Shown in pieces: positions 27,427 through 41,250 of a stretch of DNA of 64,000 nt (its first letter is position 1; every line of letters starts with the position of its first letter). The stretch lies in the NCBI RefSeq assembly GCF_902652985.1, contig NC_047017.1, forward strand, positions 18,476,001 to 18,540,000, read 5' to 3'. Origin of the DNA: Pecten maximus. Lineage: Eukaryota. A program made the translations under genes and the position numbers. The notes below the pieces were generated by a model. The model was not told where the DNA came from. It saw nothing but the letters and a program-made list of their open reading frames with translations, and made no database searches.

Positions 27427-29042
27427 GGGTCATTCCAGAAAAAAGTGGAAATTTCGGACACAGTTGAAATGGCCGTATTTTGACAGGAATCCTTTAAAGC
27501 ACTGGTCTATTTCCATCCTCATTCTTCGCCCTGTTAGTTTCAGATGCGAGCAGTGATTCGACACGATGCAGTTTTTTTATAAAATGTGTTTATCTGATGG
27601 GGACCTGTGATGTTGGGTCATTACCGTAATACTACTTAATTCTTGGTTTATCTATAGGGGATGTTTACATGCAAGAAGTTTTTGCTAGAATTTGATAGAG
27701 GACAATGCGGAGAAGAAAAACAAATGAACATAAAAATCATAAAAGAGCACTAAAGAAGAGATAATGGTCATCAAGTGGAGATTTTTTTCACCAGTGCTGT
27801 TTCTGACATTTTGTGATCTCGTTGTCACAAAGTCCTTCTTTCATATTCAATTTGTGTTTGCAAGAATATGACGGTTTATAGTAATACAATATTTTGCATA
27901 TCTTTACTTTGCATTTCCTTAAGATGTGAAAGTAGGAGAAACGTTTTAAATCAATGTACGGTAGTGACATTATGTTACGGTTATGACATGATTGTTACGG
28001 TAATGACTAATGACATTATTTTACATAATACATATATGTACCGTAATGCTAATGTCATTACCGTAATGATATCTTAGTAAAGTCCATATATTGAAAAAGC
28101 CTACATGTATGTATCAAAAACAAGTCCACGATACGATAATATCGATATAAATATGTGTGTACATATCGTCAATTAATCGTTTTAAGTGGATAACTACATT
28201 TGCCGCTATGCTAATGTCCTTACCGTAACGTTGATGTCCTTACCGTAATGTCGATTTCACTACCGTAATGCTGATGTTCATTACGGTAATGACCATTACG
28301 GTGATGATATATTTATAGAAAACCCCGTGAATGGCCCCTCAGGCAGCCATAACGCAAATCATTCAAGGGCACATTTGAAACTGTCCTACATGGGCATGTT
28401 ATCAGATCAAGTTTGAAACGTTGATCGTAAATATAGCTTAAATAAAGAATGCACGGTAATGACATTGAGAACATGTACGTCATAGGGCTAGTACTTACGA
28501 ATCAATGTTTCTTCTTTCACCGCCATAGCAGCATGCTCGCCATGTCCTTTTGAAAAGAGCGCCGCGTTGAACTTTATAGACCAGTGAAGAACTACATCCC
28601 AAGGGAAATAACTCTTGTGTTTTTAACACGTTTCGATGGTATTACGGTAGTGACAAGTTTTTTAGGGACAGTTATATTCTTGTCATTACATACAATATGT
28701 GACAATATGAATGTCTACTAATGTTTGTAATATACAGCATGTATATTGAAGATATCAAAGTGACTAAGAAAGAAGATTTAAAACACTTATTATTTTGATA
28801 AATATGTGGTTTAATTAGGAAAGTCGGCCGAGGGACACGTATGTTTTGAGGATATTATGAGATGACTAAAAGAATATTTTAATTTTCTGAATAATCTTCA
28901 ACCAAGGAAGTATACTAATAGTTTAACCTACTATCTAATATGTACGCAACATATTAAAAAAGAACAATATCAAGATTTCTTTTCTTTTTATGCATGTATT
29001 ATACCAAGGGACACAAATTTCTGAAGAAATCTGGAATGGCCC
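27427..29042. mobile_element. Non-autonomous DNA transposon, Sola2-like (GGG termini, ~4-bp TSD)
   Basis: GGGTCATTCCAGA ... TCTGGAATGGCCC (12/13 inverted); flanks GAAT/GACT; internal repeated CATTACCGTAAT/TTACGGTAATG motifs. Confidence 0.6.
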
Positions 29043-29594
29043 GACTATGCACCCGGTCTGAAAGAGAATAATTAACAATGCGTTACAATTTTAAAGCGTT
29101 TAAGATGAAAATTAATTCATCGGTTTTATGTAAAACATAAACACTGAGTATAACCGTTCTCGTTGTCGATAATTCATTTCAATGTCGACAGAACTACATA
29201 ATGTACCTACGACGAATAAAAACACTTGACTACTGAAATGATAGTCATTGTACATTGAACCTGTACCTGGCTTATCGCAGTGTTGTTGATACTGATAACA
29301 CATGTTGTCTAATCCGAAGCAGTTACAGTTTATCATCAGTCACCAGTCACTCTAAATACAGTTTAAGTCCTCAGTCTGCATGGCAACATTAATTAACCGG
29401 AGGCATATGGATATAGCTTATACATAGTGTTTTGTACCCATATTGGATATACATTAACAAATTCAAAAAGATGTCAAATTATTGGGTACGGGTGAGGAAT
29501 TGAACACTGATTTGAGATGAAGTGAGTATTCATTACAAAATGTTGATGAAATGTTTGATTATGGAACGAACTCAACAGTGAACGTTTCTACAAC

Positions 29595-30939
29595 ATGAAT
29601 TTATTAAGACATTACACTTTGGGAGCCCTGTTTGGATTCATTCTCGTATTTTCGATATTGTCATACTGGTGTGTTGGACTGAGGGTCGAAGTCGAAAGAA
29701 CCATAAACTACTATGTGTCTAGTAATGAGCACAACGTCATCATCATCAACCCCGACACGGATTCCGAACAGATACAGGAACCATTGCTTTTAATACCAAG
29801 GCAGTCATTTGACTATCGTAGAAAAAGGACACATAATAATCCTTATCAAAGAATAAACGTTTACGAAAAAAATCCCGGTTTTCGAAGAAATAATTTTCAA
29901 CGTCGAAACTTCCTTCAAACAGCATGGATTTTTGTTTACCGAGAGAAATTATTCCAGATATAAAGTGTGCAATAATTGTTTTACAATAAATTTTGACTTT
30001 CTTATCGAAAATGACATCTGTATGAAAGCCAACTTTACGTTAGTATATCTGGTGTTTACTAAATACAGCAACGTAGCTCAAAGATCGGCTCTCCGAAAAA
30101 CCTGGCTGTCAGACGTGAAAACAGCGAGGAACCAAACATACATATTTGTAACAGGAAATGGTCCAAAGAGTGACGACTTCAATATGAACACCCTAATCGA
30201 TGAAAACGATAAACACAAGGATATTCTGCTGGTGGATTTTCTAGATTCATATGCAAATTTGACATACAAAACTATCATGGCTTTCAAATGGGTGACACGT
30301 CGTTGTCCTCAGACGCAGTTTGTAATGAAAGTGGATGATGACGTCTGGGTACATAAACCTCCGTTGATGCAAACACTTCGACGGAAGAACTTCGAATTTG
30401 GTGGTTACTGTATGTTCAATTCTTTTCCTTTCAGGAACAAGGACAGCAAATACTATGCTTCATTTGAAAGTTTTCCGGAACGTCTATATCCTCCATTTTG
30501 TTCTGGGACTGCATATCTTACAAAAATCGCCATCATACAAAAAATTCTGACGATGTCGCCAAATGTCCCATTCTTCCATCTAGAAGACGTTTACATGGCT
30601 CTCTGTTTAAGAGAACTGCACATCAGTGTCACTGCAATTAGAGGATTCAACGCCCAAAAGCTTATGGCGTCCAGTTGCATGAACAAGTCCCCATCTGTTA
30701 TAACGAGCCACGGCCTCGGTCCTAATGAGTTAAAACAAATATGGAGAAGCCGATGCAACTTCGGAAGGCAGGTTGGAAAGCCAGAAGAGAACAGAATAAG
30801 ACAATTACCTAATCACAGAGAAAGGGTGCCAGGCGTAAAGAACTATGCTCGGATAAATGACAATATCAACAAAATGATAAAAAGGCAGCAAGGTCTTCTA
30901 CCAATCAACAAATTCAAAAGACATATGGGAAAACAGTGA
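29595..30939 (+). CDS. Beta-1,3-galactosyltransferase (GT31, B3GALT1/5-like), intronless, with one +1 frameshift (~447 aa if corrected)
   Basis: ORF 29595-29963 supplies the type II membrane anchor (YTLGALFGFILVFSILSYWCV). ORF 29932-30939 has GT31 motifs DSYANLTYKT, FVMKVDDDVWV, YPPFCSGTAY and LEDVYM. Both frames are open over 29857-29960. Confidence 0.88.
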
Positions 30940-33900
30940 AGCGTGTATGTGGAGTTACCCGCATTGATAACACAATTATGTCCTGCTTCTATAACTGTTG
31001 TATCAAGATGATATTGACTTTAATGTTCAAACAAAGAGTACTAGTATAACTATCTCATACTACAATGAACAATGTAAGATTTACTATTGTAAAAAACAAT
31101 TGCTCAAGTATATGTATGATTGAATATTTTTTTATTTGTATTTCGATATAAAGGTCATAAAAGTGCAACAAACATTACTTTTGACATATAAAACAACAAA
31201 TCAAATTGGGACCTACAATAAAATCACAATACTTGTACAGGTACTATGAAACAGATAAATACTAATGAAATGTTGTAACTTAATGATACACACGATAAGC
31301 AGACAAAGATACCGGGATCTATAAAGATACAGGGACGCTATAGATGCCCTTGAGATGACCTCAGACTAAAATAGTGTTGAATATCAATGTATGCTATCAA
31401 TGACGCCAATCTAATTAAAGTTAGAATTGTAGTTTCAGTTCATACCTATGTGTAAATGGAGGGGTTTAGTTTGATTAGAGCTAGCCAAAAAATCAGTATA
31501 TAGACTTCTATTTTGCATTACAGCTATTGTAGTTATTTATTTATAAACAATAAACATTCTCTGTTTATTTTACTTCTTGAAGTGGTATATATATTTAGAC
31601 TTAATATCGTGGAACATTGCACCGTTTAAGTTTAATAGCACAACCAACGCATAATTATATTATACTCTGTCCACACACTAATCTTTATCATTGGAATAAA
31701 TCAAGTTTGAAAAAATAAACTACTGTTATAATATGGCACAAAAACGCACAGAAGGTTAATATTTAGAAAGATTTCAATCAAAATAAACTAGGCATGGAGT
31801 ATACAGTTGTAAATGTATACCAGTATTCATTCATTTATTAAGAAAATATTATATAAAGGTTCTCCTCAATTCACTGTTGTGTGTTGACTTTTTGATTATG
31901 AATGGTATGGTAAATACCAAATTTGTGACAGTTAAAAAAATATGAACAAGGGAAACAACTCTCATCTGATACATGGTTGTCGACACTGAATCGTAAACAC
32001 CATTGATATGCTAATTTCTGATTTTACTAGAATTTGCTGACAGAGACATGTAAATGTAAGAGGAAAATATCAGAACACATTCACTTCAAACCAGTAGGCA
32101 CATAAATCATTCACATGCAAATGGATTTCGATTGATAATTGTAAAATTAAATAAATGTTGTTCGTATATTGTAGCATCTGATGTCTATATTGCACACACT
32201 GATATTTACAATTGTATATCATTCATAATGATAAATGCATCATTTTACTACATTGATCATGTAATTTAAAAATAAATAATTTAGAATTTGAAGATAATTT
32301 CTATTGTTCAACATATTAAACAGAGTCTTTATTAGCATAGATTTAATCAGAATCATTTGACCAAAATATCCTTTATTTGTAAATGATGAAATTAGAATGT
32401 GCAAAAATATTAAAAAGAAATGATTTTTAGACTGGCAGTGTAGTTCAAAGAGAATCCAGTTCAAGATCACAATTCCTGCAAATCATATTCACAACAGTCA
32501 TTTACAAAATCAATACCAGTATTGTAACTCCAGTTATCATGTACATGATATTATTGATGTTCGTTCAGAAAAATTAATGAAATACTATTTCACTATACAT
32601 GTATACGAGTCAATATCAAATATTTCAAATGACTGACTAGACGAAACGTTATATTTCAAATGACAAATAGGAGGAATATCTCAGCACTGAAGATTATTAT
32701 ACACATGTTCATTATCCAAGATTAACTCAATTTGTATCAAAGTGGAATTTTGAAAGAATGAAATTTTCAAATAGATCTATTCTTGTTATATAAGAAATAA
32801 ATACTATGAAAGAAAGAAAAAGATGAACTTTGTACCATAAAAAAATATTACCATTGGGAGGATTGTTCAATTCGACTTGCACGAGTATTCTATACAATTC
32901 AATCTGTACATCAACACATGAATGTTGACAAAAAATTTCTCCTTACAGAAGAAAATAGTTTACATGGAAATTCAAACTGAAAGCTAGCTTGCAAAAACAC
33001 ATCTCTTATGCAACACATCAACATACCAATATATACTGCATTTATAACATTAAAGTTTACACATAAAACTGATCTGATAAATTCAAAGCGCAAATAGTAG
33101 TAATAATTCCACACTTGGAAAATATTGACATGTGCTATGATATACAATGTATATAAGTAATGCCTGGAACAGCATCAAATACACTTATTCACTCTTACTA
33201 TATACTAGTAAGTAGTTTTCATCTGTGCCAAATCAATTACTCTACAGAAAGATTAGTAAACCCTGACAAAACCTAATTACATATCATCTCTGAAATTGAA
33301 GGGTTAAGATCTTGGTAAGCTATCTCATTTTGCCCTGGAATTTCAAGGTGATATCCATATATATACGACGATACCCATATATATATAATGCTACACCAGT
33401 AAAACATGATAATACCATACCAGTCTGAGAAAAGGTTACAACTCTAGAAAATTAAATTGCCATCAGTGGGATGACGTAAGAACATAGACATAAAAAGCCT
33501 TTCCTAAATTATGCATACCTATATAATCCTCTTCTATTTCAAGTTGAATTAACTACTGAAAGATTTTACCCATTAAGGCACAGAAGTTCTTTGGCATGAC
33601 GATAAAAATAACCTTTTACAGTAACCTTAGACAGACTCTTGTCAAAGATGTCAGTGATAAAATTAATAATTAATTAATTAATTAATTAAGATGTGTTTTT
33701 TGTTTATACTGTCTACGTTCATGCCTTATAACACTAGGATATAGTGCACAGTCAGGGGGAATAACTTGACTTCACAAAATACCACTAGATGGCATTTCAG
33801 TACCACCATATACCAATACTGTAACACAACAGAATATTAAGGAAATTTTTTTGTTTTAATGTGAATACATACACTGATGTAAGCTAACTAACACAAAAGT

Positions 33901-34678
33901 GTGGCTATAATGCTTTTGTAATTCAGATATCAAAAGCCTTAGTTGCCCCAAAATAATCTGAGGTTAACCAACATACAAAACAAATTTAGCAAAACATCTA
34001 TAATTTCTGGTCCAAAGAGCCACAAAATGTACTGCGTTGAATTTTTAATGACAGTATTCAATGTGCTGATGCTAATTTTCTGTATTTTTTCCACTTATTC
34101 CACAGATCAAAATAACTGTCAATGGCTTTGTATGTATCACATCTAATTTGCATAATTTTAACTGAGAAAATGCAATTTTTATTTCACCAATTAAATTTGA
34201 TATAGATAAATATGAAACCAGCATTTTTTCCTCACTGGTTTGGGACAGGCCCTTTTTGTCTTACTTTGGGAAGAAAATAGGTGAATTGGGAAAAAAAAGC
34301 TCAGGTGTTAACTACAAATTTTGGGGCTTAAATATGAAATAATTTCAATTGGAAATGGGGCCCATTAACAGTCCCCCAAAAATGGGGCCCCAAAGACCTG
34401 GAAACTAATGACATTTTGGGAACACTTCGCAGGATCTATTCCAGCGATATAAAAGGAAGGTGTTCAGAGAGTTTTTCAAGTATTAAAGTAAAAAAAGATG
34501 CATTCTAGTAAAATTACCAGTTCAGAATTATTGTTATGTAGCTAGTCTCATTCATATGTACCTTCTTTCTTCACTCTAAACAATTCAAAATGTCTTTCAA
34601 ACCAAAAAACTAAATAACATATCTTCCAATGCAATCTTCATGATAAAATCCTCTTCCTTTACTGCACATTCCAAATAA

Positions 34679-37197
34679 TTAGTTTGAGACCAAAACATAG
34701 ATCATGCTGGAAAGAAAAACGGTTTGATTAGACAAAATGTATTCCATTTCATAGACATGGTTATGAATTATGGTAATGCTTATTCATTTCTTGCTAGTGC
34801 AACAGAAGAGGAAAATGTGAAGAAGTGTGATTTGGACCACCCAACTTTAAATTGTAATTAATGATTACCAGACTACCTAATAAGCAACCTGGTCACTGGA
34901 AGTCACCCCCTCTGAATAACTAGAATGGTCGAAATCATGCTACATTTCAATTGTTCAATAATTGTGAATCAAAAACCAATAGAAATGGAGACAGATAAAT
35001 ATGTATAGAATTATCAATATTATGTGGCATGATCAAGATATGCTGAAGGAGCCATAATCTGGAATATTAAAAAAAATCAACAAATTTTAACTGCTGGTAT
35101 CTAGCTATATATATATATATATAGCAAGAGTAAAATTTAAACTACATGTACAATGAATTTCATTTTTTTTCTTAAAAACATGTTTATAGAGAAACTATAG
35201 TTTTGATCATTATGATCTTGCATACCTGTACAGGTAGTAGAAGAAGGAGATCAGGTAAAATGCTAGTTTAACCCATCCTTCCTTCTGAGCTCGACTAAGT
35301 TCATCGGCATTCATGATAGTAGTAGGATCATATAAGCCAGGGCCACTCATTACCGGTCGATGTATGTACCTGTGAATAGAAATTGTAAAACATTTCTCGG
35401 TCAATTGCAATCCAACCTTGAATGATGTGAATGTCATAAAAGAAAATCACAAAGCAACTACTTCATCATAATTTTACAAAGTGTCAGTTCTGTTCTCATT
35501 ATTTGTAACTTTCCTTTTCGATGTCAAAAATTGTCACTTCAACAAGATTTTGTGGACAGTCACATCAGAACTGTCTAATTCAGATAGTCATTTCCAGAAA
35601 TCCTTACAGATTTCTTCACAAATATACTATCAAGATAAGTAATATTTTGGTTTGTTTTTGTTTAACGTCCTATTAACAGCCAGGGTCATTTAAGGACGTG
35701 CCAGGTTTGGAGGTGGAGGAAAGCCGGAGTACCCGGAGAAAAACCACCGGCCAACGGTCAGTACCTGGCAACTGCCCCACGTAGGTTTCGAACTCGCAAC
35801 CCAGAGGTGGAGGGCTAGCGTTAAAGTGTCGGGACACCTTAACCACTCGGCCACCGCGGCCCCTATAAGTAATATAACATTTCATTTTATAATTACAGTA
35901 TAATTGTAATGGCAAGTGTGCTTTTAAAAGTGATAGACTTGATATCTGTTTCTCTTGACAGATTAAGTTGATACACAAACATCAGAGATTTTTTGTGCTA
36001 TTGTCAAAACAGCAATTAATTGGAATGGTAATTATAAATTAAATGCATCTGTACATGTCTTTCCTATTAAATATAATTATGTAATAAAAATAAATTTTAC
36101 CTTCTAATATGGTACGTAATGAGAGGTACATTAAGAATGACAGTTTTCCACTGCATGGCAAACACGAACAACACCGTAAAGAATATGTGAATAAAATACT
36201 CCGGTAACACCAACTGAAATGAGAAGAGATCTAGATACAACATGTTTTTTAAAATTAAGATCTGAATATTATGATTTCACAATGTCCAACAAAGTATTAT
36301 ATATTTTATTAACAAATTTACAGTTCAACCTGTCTATAAAAGTCACTCAGACATACTCAAGAAAGCATAGAAAAGTGGCCTATCTGATATAGAAGTTCTT
36401 CCCATACACAATGAACCTCAATTCTAGAATAGACAGCCTTTGTAGACAGGCTCAAACTATAAAAAGTGGCCTGGTTTACGATAGTTAAAATTCCAATTTC
36501 TGAAAAAAATCATTGATTTTAATAAATGTACCACTGTTAAAGTACTTACCGGGTTTAAACTGCTACATTGATCGACTGGATTTTTGTAGTCTGTCTTTAA
36601 TTCATCAAATGCTATAATCTGAAATAAAATAGATGTCAAATAATTAAGTATTTTCATATATATTACTAAATTTTAGGCTTATTATAACAGTAGGATTACT
36701 GATATACGTGTCAGCTCTCCAAAATTGGTAATGAACAGTTAATGAAAGGCGATTCATGATCAGATTCTAATGAGAAAGGTTTTTTTTTCAGTGAATGATT
36801 CAGATCAGATGCATAAGAAATTATGTAACGTCACTTACAAATAGGTATAATCAATCATTTCAATACTTTATTTCGAAAATTACGAAAATATCAATCAGCC
36901 CATATGCCTGTAAGATTTTTTTACGCCAGAAAAACCCCACCTCAAACCCTTAAGATTAACGGCAATCATGTATATTCAATTGTAAAGAACTGTCATGCAA
37001 TGACACTGACAGTGGAAGTCCGGCTTGATAACGAACTAGTTTGCTGCATTATTTTGATATTTGCCGTAATAAATAGCCATTCTTACTCATATATATATTC
37101 TTGATATAATACTTACGTGAAATATTGCGAAAAATATCAGCACGGCTGATAAAATAAGTGCCAAAATGTAGCAAAACGCCGCAAACGTGAACGCCAT
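34679..37197 (-). CDS. cni: Protein cornichon homolog, 144 aa, 5 exons
   Basis: Exons 37197-37117 ([16 protein letters not shown]), 36618-36550 ([18 protein letters not shown]), 36213-36101, 35369-35226 ([19 protein letters not shown]) and 34706-34679 (TAA) sum to 435 nt. Confidence 0.96.
35646..35864 (-). mobile_element. tRNA-derived V-domain SINE, full length, with an 11-bp TSD
   Basis: Minus strand: GGGGCCGCGGTGGCCGAGTGGTTAAGG (A box), GAGTTCGAAACC (B box), V-domain GGTTTTTCTCCGGGTACTCCGGCTTTCCTCC and an A/C-rich tail. TSD ATAAGTAATAT at 35635-35645 and 35865-35875. Confidence 0.9.
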
Positions 37198-37199
37198 TG

Positions 37200-37260
37200 T
37201 TAGAGCGGAAGTGACCTGTGTCCAAATTGTACAAACCGGAGACGGTTATGCGAATCCGGA
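37200..37260. promoter_or_regulatory. ETS/GABP-type promoter region of cornichon
   Basis: GCGGAAGTG at 37205, immediately upstream of the minus-strand ATG; further CCGGA motifs nearby. Confidence 0.5.
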
Positions 37261-38126
37261 GTATCAACATAAATGGAGAATATGAATGCATAAAACAATT
37301 TATAAACAAATATTCATACAAAGGTTTACTTGTGCCTGATCCAATTTGTGTATTTGCAACTTAAATTACATTTTGTAAATAGGTCAAAATCTACTTTCGT
37401 TTACAGCAGTCTTTTTTACTCTCTTTCAGCGCAATGCAGGAAGAAGGGCCCTGCATGGATCCTTCCTTCGAATTACAATATCAATTAATCATTTTAACCT
37501 TTATACTGTTTTTTTATACATAAACTTTTACGCATGTTATATTCATTTAAAATTTATGATTTAATTACTTCAACATTCTTTTAGCTCGTATCCGGCACGT
37601 CAAACTTCTATTTCATATAAAATCACAACTGCATACAAATATAAACTTGCATTTTAAAGTAAAACTTCAGGAGCATAATACCTCAGGCTTATACATTGTA
37701 TTCGACGCACATATTTATCACGTTCTACTTAGTCAATGTGTGTCGAATATGTTTTTCAATGAATCTCGGACGTAGGAAAAATTATTGGAAGATTTAAGTA
37801 TTAAAATATTCATTTTTAAGAACTTCATAATATTATTCATTATGTATTAATTATCTTCCACTTTATTTTCAAAATTTAACCTTACATCTTGGTTTCCAAA
37901 TATGCCATTTTGTAGAAAGAATTATAAGATTAATTAATTATCAATTATGACTTTCGCTTAATGGTTAACCAGAGGCCAGTCACATGCTCACTTCATTGTA
38001 CCTGAATTCGATTCAATTCAACTTTAAAAGCACTTTGCTTATTACAAATGTATGTTTGATGTTTAAGCATGAACAACCTGGAAATAAGAACAGAAATCAT
38101 ACAAAATACTGAATCAAACTGAATGA

Positions 38127-38487
38127 TACGAGGGCTTTTTGATAAGTTGTGAGCCTCGTATTCTTCAAAGGATTTGAATTTTGTCGGACATATTGTATTA
38201 CGTTTCAACATAATTCCCTTCAGCATCTATACATTTTTTCCCGTGGTGTTTAAGGGCCTCAATGCCACTTTTATAGAACTCTTTCTTGGCTGTTCAGAAA
38301 GTCATCCTCTGCATGTTAGGGTTAGGGTACCTGAAATAGCTGTTACATTTTGGAAAGAAATGAAAATCGAGATCAGGTGAAAAAGGCAGATGCTCAATCA
38401 GTTTAAAAGTCACAATCGTGAATGGCAGCCATGACAATGACAGACTCTTTCAATACGAGGCTCACAACTTATCAATCAGCCCTTGTA
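38127..38487 (-). mobile_element. Internally deleted mariner element (MITE-sized)
   Basis: TIRs TACGAGGGCTTTTTGATAAGTTGTGAGCCTCGTATT and AATACGAGGCTCACAACTTATCAATCAGCCCTTGTA with TA ends. The minus strand encodes KKCIDAEGNYVET*, matching the mariner transposase C-terminus. Confidence 0.85.
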
Positions 38488-38496
38488 AATTAACAG

Positions 38497-41250
38497 ATCT
38501 GGAGTATGATCCTTGTATTTGACGACGCATGATACATGTATTTGTAGATTTGTGGAATCACTTAGAGTTGGGTTTAAAATATCTGGACATAGAGCTTGTA
38601 TCTAACCGATTGGTGAGCTTCATGGGAGTGGAGGCAATGGAAAACAAAATGCAATTCATCGCCAAGCGAATTACATATTGTACAAAGTCTTTGCATTCTT
38701 GGAATGCTTTTTTATTCTACCTTTAGCTAACTCGAGGTCCAATTCATACAATCTGAAGTCCTTTTTGATAGGTTTGTAAAAACAATAGTTTATTACTCTC
38801 GTTTAGAGAATTTATTTTGTCGACAAGTAATTTGTTTTGTTCGCTTCTGAATTTATCTTGAATGTACATATATCTTTAAATCGCATTATGATTTAAAAAA
38901 AGAGGAAAAGTATAATTTTAAATCCTGCAAATTGGATATTTCTGATGCATTGCTTACAAATGTATACCAATTGTAGATGCCATTGTTATGCGTATCCTTG
39001 TTTACTGCATGTGTCGCTACACAATGAGGATTTATACATGTACAGTATTATTATTTGTAATTCTCAGAAAGCAATTGCAGACTTATATTATATGACTCTC
39101 GATTGGGAGTTGAGTAACCTTGTTATCTATGGGACGCAAGGTTAACTTCTTTTCAACAAATACCTACTGACCTCGCAGCAGCTAGGATCATATGATGACA
39201 CCTTAGAGGAAAACAAAACGCTGAAAGACAGAGTAGGGAAGGAAGTATAAGAAAAATGAGTGCTGGAGACATATTGTACACTTGTCCTAATGGATGATTG
39301 GAGACCGTAACCATTCGGAGTTAAACATAAGACAGCGAGGATTTCCCCTCCTACAGGAGCAGACGAGGGTAAGAGACAGGATACTCCGAAGGCCAGATAG
39401 TCTGAAAATGGGTAAATATTGTGAAAAAATGTTTCAGAATTGTATATGTAGTAATTGCATATACATAAATCCACAAAACATATTCCTGAAAGTTTGTTAC
39501 AGGTTTCGGTAAAAATGATAAAAATATAAGTGCCGCGAAGCAAAAAAAGTATGAAATTATTGTCATTTTAAATAATGAATGTGAGGGAGTGTTTGTTTGT
39601 TTTTTCAATGTCCATTTCCGGGAATATACTAGTATACATTTACATACATTAAAACACAAAAGATAACAATACATATTTGTTGAATACCCGAAATATGCTG
39701 ATGTCAGCATCTTCCTCATCAATATAAAAACAAACCTTCCGCCAACACATACAGTGCACCAGTATAATTCCACCAAGTATTGTGAAACACCATTTTTATT
39801 ATTATTATTATTATTTTGGACTTGGATCCATCACAGACAAGAACCTACTCCCCCGCTATGCCATTGAGATGAACGCACTTTTTGTTTTCGCGAGCGCGAG
39901 TTTCTCTAGATCGAATTCTTCCCGCCACACAAGATTTACCCGTTTCATAACAATCGGGCTTTCGGACTATTAGGACACAACGGTTCATTACTAATGATTT
40001 AGCATTGTTTTGTCATAGATATTAATACGATTTCTGCTAGAAAAGTTCCTTTCACAATAGAAATATAGCTTTATGAACGATTTAATATGTGCATATTTTG
40101 TATAAGCAGCCTATATGACCATAAAGGGGTTTGACCCTAGTGACCTTACTAGTTAATTAGTGATACCAGACAACATGACGACAGTTTAAATTCTCTTATT
40201 TAGATCATACATGTATGATAGTTTTGGACTATATTTGGAACCTTCAGACTGTAGGGCCTTCGAATAAGATTATTTAAATAACGACTTCATGTTCTCCGTC
40301 ACATTCTGTGAGTGAGGGATGAAAAAACATTCTCATTTTCATATAGACGCGTGTAAAATGGCCAGAGTGCAAACATTTTTTCTAAAATTAATTTTAAGCT
40401 GAATAAGGAGTTGGCTACAGGAAGCATAACAGAGTATTGCTCACCTCACACTGTAAAAGTCTCTAATTTAATCAATAGCTTGTAGAAACCTGCTCTAACG
40501 GCCACCTTGAATAAGCGGCCACCTCCGTTAAGCGGCCAGTCTGTGGTCCGCCCGATGGAAAACACTATATAATGAACCTTAAATAAGCGGTCACCTGTCT
40601 AACGCGGCCAACGGCCATAAAAATCTGCCCAAATTGTTGTATCGTCCTGTTTAAAGCGGTCATTTTGTGCGGAAGTAGACATCCGCAATGATCATATGAC
40701 CAGGTATTTTTATCAAATTCATCAAAACTTTGATCTTTGTTGGTTTTCATTTCAAAATACACTGTACATGGTATATTGATATCAATATCAATAAGTGCAT
40801 TATAATATGATAAATTCAATAAACTGTTGAAAAAAGAATTGGGCAATAGGCCGTTTCTGGCCAACCTGGTTTAAGCAGCCACCTGTTTTAAGCAGGCAAT
40901 ATCTGTCGGTCCCTTGGGTGGCCGCTTCATACAGGTTTGACTGTACCTGTATACTGATAATCTGTGAATCTATCATCATGTCTACAATTACCTTATCAGA
41001 TCATAGAGATGGATATATTGATGAGGATTTTTACGTTTAATCTCACAGATAAACTCTATTCTGATGTATCAGAGGTACCTTCCTTCGTTCACTCTGTCAC
41101 GGTAAATAAGGATCAGCTTTTAACAATTAATGTTCTGTCTGAAGTAGGTAGGAGCAGTTGTTAGATTTCCTCTCAGAGCGGTGGATGAAAATGTTCAGAT
41201 AGACACGGAGGACACATTTAAACACTGACTCAACAAACAATAAAATAAAT
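38497..41250 (+). pseudogene. Possible decayed spliced gene or lncRNA; last two exons duplicated downstream
   Basis: AG-preceded exon-like blocks at ~38497, ~39068-39411 (in-frame stops, GTAAAT donor) and ~41049-41250 ending in AATAAAATAAA. No recognisable homology. Confidence 0.3.
40480..40945. mobile_element. Tc1/mariner-type MITE (copy 1)
   Basis: Right end ACAGGTTTGACTGTA (reverse complement TACAGTCAAACCTGT), degenerate left end TGTAGAAACCTG and internal TAAGCGGCCACC repeats. Confidence 0.7.

Noticed and set aside
29860-29880. Canonical -1 programmed ribosomal frameshift in B3GALT
   Set aside because: The required shift is +1, and no downstream stimulatory structure was evident.
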